DNA from: Eledone cirrhosa
Lineage: Eukaryota
DNA: 64,000 nucleotides
NCBI GenBank assembly: GCA_964016885.1
Contig: OZ024745.1
Span: 1,674,001 to 1,738,000, forward strand
Direction: 5' to 3'
Under the pieces are notes generated by a model. That model was given only the letters and a program-made list of their open reading frames with translations. It searched no databases and was not told where the DNA came from. Position numbers and translations under genes: made by a program. This document shows, one piece after another, positions 51,301 through 61,499 of the stretch (positions are counted from its first letter, which is position 1; each line of letters starts with the position of its first letter).

Positions 51301-54300
51301 CCAGGACACTGACAGACCACACCACCCAGGACACTGACAGACCACACCACCCAGGACACTGACAGACCACACCAACCAGGACACTGACAGACCACACCAC
51401 CCAGGACACTGACAGACCACACCACCCAGGACACTGACAGACCACACCACCCAGGACACTGACAGACCACACCACCCAAGACACTGACAGACGACACCAC
51501 CCAGGACACTGACAGACGACACCACCCAGGACACTGACAGACCACACCACCCAGGACACTGACAGACCACACCAACCAGGACACTGACAGACCACACCAC
51601 CCAGGACACTGACAGACCACACCACCCAGGACACTGACAGACCACACCACCCAGGACACTGACAGACGACACCACCCAGGACACTGACAGACGACACCAC
51701 AAAGGACACTGACAGACCACACCACCCAGGACACTGACAGACCACACCAACCAGGACACTGACAGACCACACCACCCAGGACACTGACAGACCACACCAC
51801 CCAGGACACTGACAGACCACACCAACCAGGACACTGACAGACCACACCACCCAGGACACTGACAGACCACACCACCCAGGACACTGACAGACCACACCAA
51901 CCAGGACACTGACAGACCACACCACCCAGGACACTGACAGACCACACCACCCAGGACACTGACAGACCACACCACCCAGGACACTGACAGACGACACCAC
52001 CCAGGACACTGACAGACGACACCACCCAGGACACTGACAGACCACACCACCCAGGACACTGACAGACCACACCACCCAGGACACTGACAGACCACACCAC
52101 CCAGGACACTGACAGACCACACCACCCAGGACACTGACAGACCACACCAACCAGGACACTGACAGACCACACCACCCAGGACACTGACAGACCACACCAA
52201 CCAGGACACTGACAGACCACACCACCCAGGACACTGACAGACCACACCACCCAGGACACTGACAGACCACACCACCCAAGACACTGACAGACGACACCAC
52301 CCAGGACACTGACAGACGACACCACCCAGGACACTGACAGACCACACCACCCAGGACACTGACAGACCACACCAACCAGGACACTGACAGACCACACCAC
52401 CCAGGACACTGACAGACCACACCACCCAGGACACTGACAGACCACACCACCCAGGACACTGACAGACGACACCACCCAGGACACTGACAGACGACACCAC
52501 CCAGGACACTGACAGACCACACCACCCAGGACACTGACAGACCACACCAACCAGGACACTGACAGACCACACCACCCAGGACACTGACAGACCACACCAC
52601 CCAGGACACTGACAGACCACACCAACCAGGACACTGACAGACCACACCACCCAGGACACTGACAGACCACACCACCCAGGACACTGACAGACCACACCAA
52701 CCAGGACACTGACAGACCACACCAACCAGGACACTGACAGACGACACCACCCAGGACACTGACAGACCACACCAACCAGGACACTGACAGACCACACCAA
52801 CCAGGACACTGACAGACCACACCACCCAGGACACTGACAGACGACACCACCCAGGACACTGACAGACGACACCACCCAGGACACTGACAGACCACACCAC
52901 CCAGGACACTGACAGACGACACCACCCAGGACACTGACAGACGACACCACCCAGGACACTGACAGACCACACCACCCAGGACACTGACAGACCACACCAC
53001 CCAGGACACTGACAGACGACACCACCCAGGACACTGACAGACGACACCACCCAGGACACTGACAGACCACACCACCCAGGACACTGACAGACGACACCAC
53101 CCAGGACACTGACAGACGACACCACCCAGGACACTGACAGACCACACCACCCAGGACACTGACAGACGACACCACCCAGGACACTGACAGACGACACCAC
53201 CCAGGACACTGACAGACGACACCACCCAGGACACTGACAGACCACACCACCCAGGACACTGACAGACGACACCACCCAGGACACTGACAGACGACACCAC
53301 CCAGGACACTGACAGACGACACCACCCAGGACACTGACAGACCACACCACCCAGGACACTGACAGACGACACCACCCAGGACACTGACAGACGACACCAC
53401 CCAGGACACTGACAGACCACACCACCCAGGACACTGACAGACGACACCACCCAGGACACTGACAGACGACACCACCCAGGACACTGACAGACCACACCAC
53501 CCAGGACACTGACAGACCACACCACCCAGGACACTGACAGACCACACCAACCAGGACACTGACAGACCACACCAACCAGGACACTGACAGACCACACCAC
53601 CCAGGACACTGACAGACCACACCACCCAGGACACTGACAGACCACACCACCCAGGACACTGACAGACGACACCACCCAGGACACTGACAGACGACACCAC
53701 CCAGGACACTGACAGACCACACCACCCAGGACACTGACAGCCCACACCACCCAGGACACTGACAGACCACACCACCCAGGACACTGACAGACGACACCAC
53801 CCAGGACACTGACAGACCACACCAACCAGGACACTGACAGACCACACCACCCAGGACACTGACAGACCACACCAACCAGGACACTGACAGACCACACCAC
53901 CCAGGACACTGACAGACGACACCACACAGGACACTGACAGACCACACCAACCAGGACACTGACAGACCACACCACCCAGGACACTGACAGACGACACCAC
54001 CCAGGACACTGACAGACGACACCACCCAGGACACTGACAGATCACACCACCCAGGACACTGACAGACGACACCAACCAGGACACTGACAGACCACACCAC
54101 ACAGGACACTGACAGACCACACCACCCAGGACACTGACAGACCACACCAACCAGGACACTGACAGACCACACCACCCAGGACACTGACAGACCACACCAC
54201 CCAGGACACTGACAGACCACACCAACCAGGACACTGACAGACCACACCACCCAGGACACTGACAGACGACACCACCCAGGACACTGACAGACCACACCAA

Positions 54301-54924
54301 CCAGGACACTGACAGACCACACCACCCAGGACACTGACAGACCACACCAACCAGGACACTGACAGACCACACCACCCAGGACACTGACAGACGACACCAC
54401 CCAGGACACTGACAGACCACACCAACCAGGACACTGACAGACCACACCACCCAGGACACTGACAGACGACACCACCCAGGACACTGACAGACGACACCAC
54501 CCAGGACACTGACAGATCACACCACCCAGGACACTGACAGACGACACCAACCAGGACACTGACAGACCACACCACACAGGACACTGACAGACCACACCAC
54601 CCAGGACACTGACAGACCACACCAACCAGGACACTGACAGACCACACCACCCAGGACACTGACAGACCACACCACCCAGGACACTGACAGACCACACCAA
54701 CCAGGACACTGACAGACCACACCACCCAGGACACTGACAGACCACACCACCCAGGACACTGACAGACCACACCAACCAGGACACTCTGTTTTTGGTCCCA
54801 TGTCTACCTGAGAGATAAGAAAGTCTACCTCCTCAAACTGCCACATTTATGCTCTGAAACATATACTTACTACCATACCAACACATAAACATTCATAAAC
54901 ACAAGTATATTTAAATGCACTTTT

Positions 54925-54928
<4 letters not shown>

Positions 54929-54969
<41 letters not shown>
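54929..54969. repeat. (CA)n microsatellite
   Basis: Perfect AC run of about 20 units. Confidence 0.97.
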
Positions 54970-54971
<2 letters not shown>

Positions 54972-55355
54972 CACTCACGCATATACATACACAGAGAATG
55001 AACCGATTTCCTCACAAACACACAAACATAAAAGACAGACATTGAAAAACGACATAAATACAGATACACACACATTCACACACAGATAAACACACACAAA
55101 CACAAACGCTCTCATACATAATCACACACACCTAGACGCACATTGGAAATGTGAATATGAATTTTCAAATCAAATATGCATATTCACACGACTACAGCAG
55201 CCATTACTGTAGAATGTACAATACATTAATTCAAAGAGATACTGCCATCTTGCGTAACATTATAAGTATCACTCCTACTTCTACTCTCCTCCCACCACCT
55301 TAGATGTCCCTTTACTCAGCTACTCTCTCATTTACAAACCACTACCCCTCCCCAG

Positions 55356-55358
<3 letters not shown>

Positions 55359-55388
<30 letters not shown>

Positions 55389-55476
55389 CTTCTTCTTCTT
55401 CTTCTTCTTCTTCTTCTTCTTCTTCTTCTTCTTCTTCTTCTTCTTCTTCTTCTTCTTCTTCTTCTTCTTCTTCTTC
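55359..55476. repeat. (TTC)n microsatellite, about 39 units
   Basis: Perfect CTT run. It explains the poly-Ser in ORF 55304..55771. Confidence 0.97.
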
Positions 55477-55689
55477 ACACCCTCTCATTTCTTCAGTCTC
55501 TTCGTCGTTATCTCCTTGTCACTATCGTCGTCACAGCCTGCCTCTCCACCCAAACCTTCTCCCTCCCCCTCTCTCTCTACCACTGCATGAGACTGAGACC
55601 ACTCATCTTCATTATTGCCAATGTCGTCTGCACATGCTTACTGCAGTTGCAATGGCGGCGTCTCTTTCTGCTTTTATTCTTCCATATCA

Positions 55690-55833
55690 CTCTACATATC
55701 TCACATCTCACATCTTCTCCCCCCCCCCTCTCTCTCTATATATATATATTTATCTATATCTCGATCAATAAATCGATTGATCGATATGTCTGTTTCATTT
55801 ATTTCTTATCACGCTTTCTTTCTTTCTTTCTTG

Positions 55834-55876
<43 letters not shown>

Positions 55877-56126
55877 TCGTTCTTTCTTCTCGCTTTCATT
55901 CTTTTTCGTTTCGTTTCATTTTTTATTTGCTTGCTTTCTTCTTTTATTCTTCTTTTCTTTCTTTCTTTCATCTATTTATTTATTTTTTCCTTTCTTTCTT
56001 TCAATTTTTCTTTCTTCGTTACTTTCTTCCTTTTTTTCATTTTTCTTTTCTTGCTTACATTTCTTTATATATTTTTTCATTCTTTTCTCTCTCTCTTTCT
56101 CTCTCTCGCCCTTTCTCTCTCTCTCG

Positions 56127-56192
<66 letters not shown>

Positions 56193-56422
56193 ACCTATCT
56201 TTCTTTCCTACTTTCTTTCCTTTTACTTCCTTTGTTGCTTTCTTTCATTCTTTCTTCTCCTTACTTCTCTCTAAATTCCTTTACTCTCCACCTTTTCCTA
56301 ATTTCTTCACATTATCTTCCTCTATTACCTTCTTTCTTTTCTTTCCCTATCATGTTTTCCCTTGTTTTCTTTCTTTCGTTCTTTCTCATTATCTTCTTTT
56401 CTCACGACTCCTTCCTCACTCA

Positions 56423-56469
<47 letters not shown>

Positions 56470-57068
56470 GTCTTTTCTCTCTCTCTCCCTCTCTCTTTCT
56501 CGCCCTCCTTCTCTCGCCTTCTCTCTCTCTCACCCTCTCTCTTTCTCTCGTCCTCTCTCTCTTGCCTTTTCTCCCTCTCTCCCTCTCTCTCTCTCGTCCC
56601 CCCTCTCGCCCTCTCTCTCTCTTTCTTTTTTCTTTCTTTTTCTCTCCACTCACAATTTCTCCCCTATCTCTCTCTCGTTCTTTCTCTTTTTCACTTTCTC
56701 TCTTTCGTTCTTTTTCTCTTCTTTCTCACTCACTCACTTTCAGCCCCTTCTCTATCTCCCCCCCCCCTCTCTCTCTCTCCCTCTCTCTTTCTCGCTTCCT
56801 TGCACTCTCTTTCACTTTCTTCTCCTTTCTTTCCGCTATCATTCTTCTCTTCCATTCTACAATTCATTCCATCTCTCTCTCTCGCTTATATTTTCGTTCT
56901 TTTGCCCCCTCCTTTTTTTCCATCTTTCCATTTCACACGATATCTCTCCCTGCTAATTCATTCTTTTAATCTTTCATTCAATTTTTCTTTCGTTTGCTTT
57001 CTTCTTCACATGATATCATTTACTTTAGTTTAATTTTGTATATATATATATATATACACACACACAAA

Positions 57069-57113
<45 letters not shown>

Positions 57114-57114
57114 G

Positions 57115-57147
<33 letters not shown>

Positions 57148-57180
57148 CACATAAATATATGCATGCATCTATCTATCTAC

Positions 57181-57253
<73 letters not shown>

Positions 57254-57380
57254 CTGTTCTTTACTTTACAGTTGCCAGTTTTAGTTTTTCTAATTTTATC
57301 TTTCTTACTTTTCTTCTTTCTTTTTGCTTTATATTCTCTGTTTTGTTGTTTTTTGCTAAGTTTTCTTATTTTTCTCTAAG
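55690..57380. repeat. Polypyrimidine low-complexity block with (CT)n, (TTTC)n, (TA)n and (CA)n tracts
   Basis: The plus strand is almost entirely C/T, for example (TTTC)n at ~55815-55878 and (CT)n at ~56128-56180. Confidence 0.93.
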
Positions 57381-57489
57381 TTGCACCTACTGTCGCTATT
57401 GGCAACAGTAGTAATGGCCGTCCATTTGGAGAAGTCAGTTTTGGAGGTGTGATGTAATGTATATATAGGTAACAGGGAAGTATACTGTG

Positions 57490-57730
57490 GCTATAGGTAG
57501 TGGAGGGGTGGGAGAGAGAGAGTGGTAGTGAGAGGGGGATGGTGGGAGAGGGGGGATGGGGTGGGAGAGTGAGTGTGGTAGTGAGGAGGGTGGGTGGGTG
57601 GAAGAGAGGTAGGGGGAGGGAGTAAGTGTGAGAGAGTGGTAATGATAGAGAGAGAGAGAGGCGGGGTGAGAGAGAAAGTGAGGTAATGAAAGAGAGACAA
57701 TGAATGAGGTGGTGTGGGTGTTAGAGAGAA

Positions 57731-57793
<63 letters not shown>

Positions 57794-57997
57794 GAGAAAT
57801 AGAAGGTGGTTATTTAAAAATAATCAAGCTTTTGTTTGTATGTGTGTGTATGACTGTGTGTGTGTATGTGTGTGAGAGAGAAAGAGAGGGAGTGAGAGGG
57901 AGAGAGAGAGACAGACAGGGTGGGGGGAGTTTTAAAAAATCATTATGTTTGTATATGTGAATGTTTGAATTAGAGAGAGAGAAAGAAAGAAAGAAAG

Positions 57998-58028
<31 letters not shown>

Positions 58029-58207
58029 AAGAAAGATATATATCTAGAGAGAGAGAAAGAGAGAAAGAAAGATATATATATATATAGAGAGAGAGAGAAA
58101 GAAAGATATATATCTAGAGAGAGAGAAAGAGAGAAAGAAAGATATATATATAGAGAGAGAGAGAAAGAAAGATATATATCTAGAGAGAGAGAAAGAGAGA
58201 AAGAAAG

Positions 58208-58238
<31 letters not shown>

Positions 58239-58660
58239 AAGAAAGATATATATCTAGAGAGAGAGAAAGAGAGAAAGAAAGATATATATATATAGAGAGA
58301 GAGAGAGAAAGAAAGATATATATCTAGAGAGAGAGAAAGAGAGAAAGACATGTAAGAGGAGAAAGTTAGTGGAAGAGAAAAGAATAGAAAAGAATGAAAC
58401 TGAAAAGAACGATATAAAAAATAGGAGGGGGGGGGGAGGAAGGGAAATATGTTGAAGGAAAAGAAAAGAAAGAAATTGGGATGATTAAGAAATAAATAGA
58501 AAAGTAATTTAAAAAATTACAAACGAAAGAATTTAGAGGAGAGGTTGAATATGAGGAAGTGAATGAGGAAAGAAGGGGAGGAAGAAAGGAAGGAATGAAG
58601 AAAGAAAAGAAGGTAAGCTAGAGAGGGCTGGAGGAGGGAGGAGGGTAGGTAGGGTGGAGT
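57490..58660. repeat. Polypurine low-complexity block including (GA)n at 57733-57789
   Basis: The plus strand is dominated by G/A, with GT-rich patches. Confidence 0.92.
57975..58348. repeat. Compound minisatellite of about 5 copies of a 66-74 bp unit built from (GA)n, GAAA and (TA)n
   Basis: TCTAGA recurs at 58043, 58113, 58179, 58253 and 58323 (spacings 70, 66, 74, 70) in the same context, GAAAGAAAGATATATATCTAGAGAGAGAGAAAGAGAGAAAGA. Confidence 0.93.
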
Positions 58661-59281
58661 GAAATGTTGGCTGTCACTCGAATTCCAAATTGACGAATTT
58701 AGGTCAATGGTGCAGACGACATAGTTTGTGTGATTAACATCGATTAGAGATATATAAAAGCTGTTATTATTCTTTTAGAATTACACTGAAATTTGCTTCG
58801 AAAGTAAAACAAAAAATTATAGATATTCCGAGATTTTGATAGTCTTTCATTAACATAATTAAATTTATCACTGCAGAATAAGATGACCATCCGTCTTATA
58901 ATGGATGCTTGAGTGTGGTGAATTTCAATCTGGATGAACTGTTTTACACCAGCCATCAAACTTACGCTCATAATCAAAACCAAAATAAGGGCTAAGTGAT
59001 AGGAATAACTAGCCCAGTAGGCGATATATTAAAAAACACCTTAACAAAACATCCGTTAATTTTTACAGAGCTCCCTCTGCTTACTCAACGCTTTTGATAT
59101 CAACCAGATCTGTTTGATACAAACTGGTTCTGATTCTATGAAGAAAACCCATCAATTTTAAAGAGTTCTTATTTAACTAAAAATTTCCGAAAATTTTTTT
59201 ATATAAGAACCATTTGTTAAGCTAATATCTTAGTAATGAAATAATTGATTTTAAATAACCACACTCAAAATTCTTCATTAA

Positions 59282-59326
59282 TTAGTTGAAAAACGCTCAC
59301 CGTATTTCATTAGAAATACGGTGAGC
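59282..59326 (-). mobile_element. Perfect 14-bp hairpin with a nearby CTRR; possible Helitron 3' terminus
   Basis: GCTCACCGTATTTC-ATTA-GAAATACGGTGAGC spans 59295-59326. On the minus strand it is followed by GTTTTTCAA-CTAA|T, which matches the hairpin + ~10 nt + CTRR|T rule for Helitron 3' ends. No 5' end or RepHel sequence was recognised. Confidence 0.4.
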
Positions 59327-59449
59327 ATTAGACCGTTATTTCTGAACTTCTGTGAGTGTATGGCATACATCTTAGTCAATTTCATAAAGGTAGAATGGAT
59401 AAATTCGCGAGAGCTGTAGATGATGTTCTCAATATAAATGAGAGTAAGT

Positions 59450-59905
59450 TTTGTATAACTTGTGTCTGATTGTTTTATCTTGGAAGCTTTCGGTAATTGA
59501 TGGGGCTAGATTTAAAGGAAAACTCACAAATGGACGTTGTAGCTGAACATAATAGAAGAGGTTAACATTCCTTTATTGTCATTTACAATAAAGCGATTGT
59601 TGGAATGACTGCAAAGTACAGAACTCGTTTGTCAACTGTTAAATGGAAGAAAATGAAGTGATTTGGTCATGTAACTCAACCACATGAAACCTTACCGCTA
59701 GCGAATATTGTCATGCATCGATAAACCCTTCAGTAAAAGAGGAAAATCATGTGGGGAAATCACCAAGGAGGTAGGGAATTAAGTAACATCAGCAAAATAG
59801 ATAGGAAGAGAGGTGATGCAAAATATGAGGTGAGCTGATGACATTGAAAGATGGAGAATGGTGTCTCTTGTGTATCTAAGGCGTCCTTCAGCCATGAATT
59901 GTGAT
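59450..59905 (+). mobile_element. Decayed 3' fragment of an RTE-clade LINE (C-terminal end of ORF2)
   Basis: From 59629 the sequence reads LSTVKWKKMK*FGHVTQPHETLPLANIVMH, then GKSPRR* and ADDIERWRMV across frameshifts. This matches the RTE C-terminal pattern L.TVKRRKL.WFGHVTR...LAK.I.QG...GRPR.RW..NI...AEDR..WR. It has several stops and frameshifts. Confidence 0.72.
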
Positions 59906-60057
59906 AGATTGATTGAGGTATATATTGAAATTTGTCTTCACAGAACGGAAAAGTTATGTATACAGAAAATATGGATAAAGTTGAGGCAAACGAAGGAAAA
60001 GAAGAACGTTACTGATGTGAAGCAGCTGCTGTCTCTATTGGTTACTGAATAACGGGA

Positions 60058-60213
60058 GTGTTCTGAGTTGAAATCCAACTGAAGTTAGCCTTGCGTTTCA
60101 TCTTTACGAGGTCAATAAAATGAAGTACCAGTAATGAACTGGGTCGATTTAATCGATTTTCCCATCCCCCCAAAATTGTTGGCCTTGTGCCTAAATCAGA
60201 AACCATTATTATT
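60058..60213 (+). mobile_element. tRNA-derived SINE (octopus OK-like / Nin-domain type), 5'-truncated
   Basis: B-box-like TTCTGAGTTGAAATCC, central GCGTTTCATCTTTACGAGGTCAATAAAATGAAGTACCAG and tail CCCCCCAAAATTGTTGGCCTTGTGCC...ATTATT. It is homologous to the copy at 60690. The family name rests on recalled consensus. Confidence 0.75.
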
Positions 60214-60689
60214 GGTTAGTCTGGAAGAAGAGGCTTTCCCTGGCATTTACAAGCCATTGGATACATTGAGAAGGACATCGCTCGTTTCTTAAACATCTGC
60301 AAGTTGACGGTTGCAGGTAACATGTACGCAAGGAAGGAATTCTAGGTGCTCGACAATTTTGGGAGGAAAAACTGGAACCATTAGTTAACACGTGAAATAG
60401 AAGGGACACAATATGAGTGACGAGAATAGAAGACTGTAGTTGGGGAGGACGAGAGGCACGTGATTCTGGTGTCCGAGAATGAAAGTGACACGTAACCAAT
60501 CAGTTTGAGTAGCAGACGTAATCCGTCTTGATTTAACTCCTCTACTTGTGCAGTGGAGTCCCTTTGTAATATTGACAAGTGTTTCGTTGTCTTGCAGTTC
60601 AGTTTCTTCCTACATGAAAAGCAGCATGCAATAGACCGGCATCTTAGCCAGGAAGTATGTTTTGCTCAGCCGTTTATCGCTACAAAAAA

Positions 60690-60848
60690 AGGCGGCGAAT
60701 TGTCGATGTCGTTAAAACATCAGATAGAATGCTTTGTAGTATTCATTCAGGCTCTCTGCTCCTTGAATTCAAATCCTGCCGAGGTCAATTTTGCTTTTCA
60801 TCCATTAGAGGTCGATAAAAAACGTACCAGTCTAGTACTGAGGTTGAT
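60690..60848 (+). mobile_element. tRNA-derived SINE, same family as the 60058 copy, 3'-truncated
   Basis: Head AGGCGGCGAATTG, B-box-like TGAATTCAAATCC, then GCCGAGGTCAATTTTGCTTTTCATCCATTAGAGGTCGATAAAAAACGTACCAG. Confidence 0.78.
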
Positions 60849-61344
60849 TCTTTCTCTATATCTCTCACTTCCTCTCTCTTACTTTCTATCCTTCTCTGGA
60901 AGAAATCTGGTGTACTCAGATCTGGAGAGATGGGCTCCGCCAGGTTTTAGAAAGCCCTAGAAACGCCGTATCTCACTATGGCGCTATCACGACTATATAG
61001 GGACCATTACGAGAGAGATCCCAATTAAATCCATACTCAGTTCATCCTTGTGATTCAGAAAGGACAAATATATATATATAAATATGAATTGTGGAATCGT
61101 ACATTTCACAATTTTTCTGTTTATCTTCAAAAGACAGCTCAATAAATGTTTATTTTATTGTATTTTACATAATTTATAGATTATTATGTTTCATTTTCAT
61201 CGCAATGAGAAACCCCTTATAAGATGATTTCGTTGCTTCCAGCATTAAACTTGTTTTTATTTTAAACAATTCTATTGTCAGTTGTTTTATTTAAAATGAA
61301 CATTTTAAAAATACAATTAATACATTTGTGATTTAAAACTGTTG

Positions 61345-61465
61345 GATTAGCAAAAACTGGTAGAGCACGAGATAAATGCCTTGTGGTATTTAGTTTCATC
61401 CTGAATTCCATTTGTACTGATATAAACTTTGCATTTTATCCTAAAGTATCGATAAAATAACAAGT
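61345..61465 (+). mobile_element. Highly degenerate third copy of the same SINE family
   Basis: GGTAGAGCACGAGATAAATGCCTTGTGGTATTT...CTGAATTCCATTT...AACTTTGCATTTTATCCTAAAGTATCGATAAAATAA is colinear with the 60690 copy. Confidence 0.55.
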
Positions 61466-61499
61466 TGTAGCCTTGTGTGTGATAGAAATCAATACTACC

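Larger units (their letters stand above)
1..54785. repeat. 25-bp tandem satellite array, consensus GGACACTGACAGAC[C/G]ACACCACCCA, about 2,190 copies, truncated by the left window edge
   Basis: The unit is read directly throughout. The GACAG register holds at 25n plus cumulative offsets of +1, +2, +5, +8 and +11 after five small insertions. The last partial unit ends ...CCAGGACACT at 54785. Confidence 0.99.

Noticed and set aside
645-54784. Very long minus-strand ORFs (up to 5179 aa) of SVSWVVWSVSVLGGVVCQCPGWCGL repeats
   Set aside because: The unit has a single T on the plus strand, so the minus strand cannot form stop codons. All three frames give the same peptide because 25 is not a multiple of 3. 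Stops and frameshifts fall wherever variants happen to arise, and there is no sign of codon-position bias.
1-54785. Plus-strand His/Pro/Thr/Asp-rich repeat protein
   Set aside because: TGA in every unit stops each frame every 75 bp.
1-54785. CRISPR array or telomeric repeat
   Set aside because: There are no unique spacers and no cas genes, the context is eukaryotic, and the unit is not TTAGGG-like.
1-54785. Chi-like core (CCTGGGTGG versus GCTGGTGG) on the minus strand
   Set aside because: The match is imperfect and expected in any GT-rich unit. Chi is a bacterial RecBCD signal.
1-54785. Apparent excess of C>A variants suggesting oxidative damage
   Set aside because: The unit is 44% C and duplications inflate the counts. 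C>T variant types look similarly diverse, so this cannot be supported without counting.
55304-58351. Ser/Leu/Phe-rich and Arg/Glu-rich ORFs
   Set aside because: They are translations of (TTC)n, (CT)n, (GA)n and (TA)n tracts.
58744-58983. 79-aa minus-strand ORF, and a TAAGATGACCATCCGTC motif resembling a hAT terminal repeat
   Set aside because: No recognisable domain, and no partner inverted repeat or target-site duplication was found.
60553-60960. 135-aa plus-strand ORF
   Set aside because: It runs through a SINE copy and a CT-rich tract, and has no recognisable domain.
61141-61165. AATAAA followed by a T-rich tract (polyadenylation signal)
   Set aside because: This is common by chance in very AT-rich DNA, and no upstream gene is supported.
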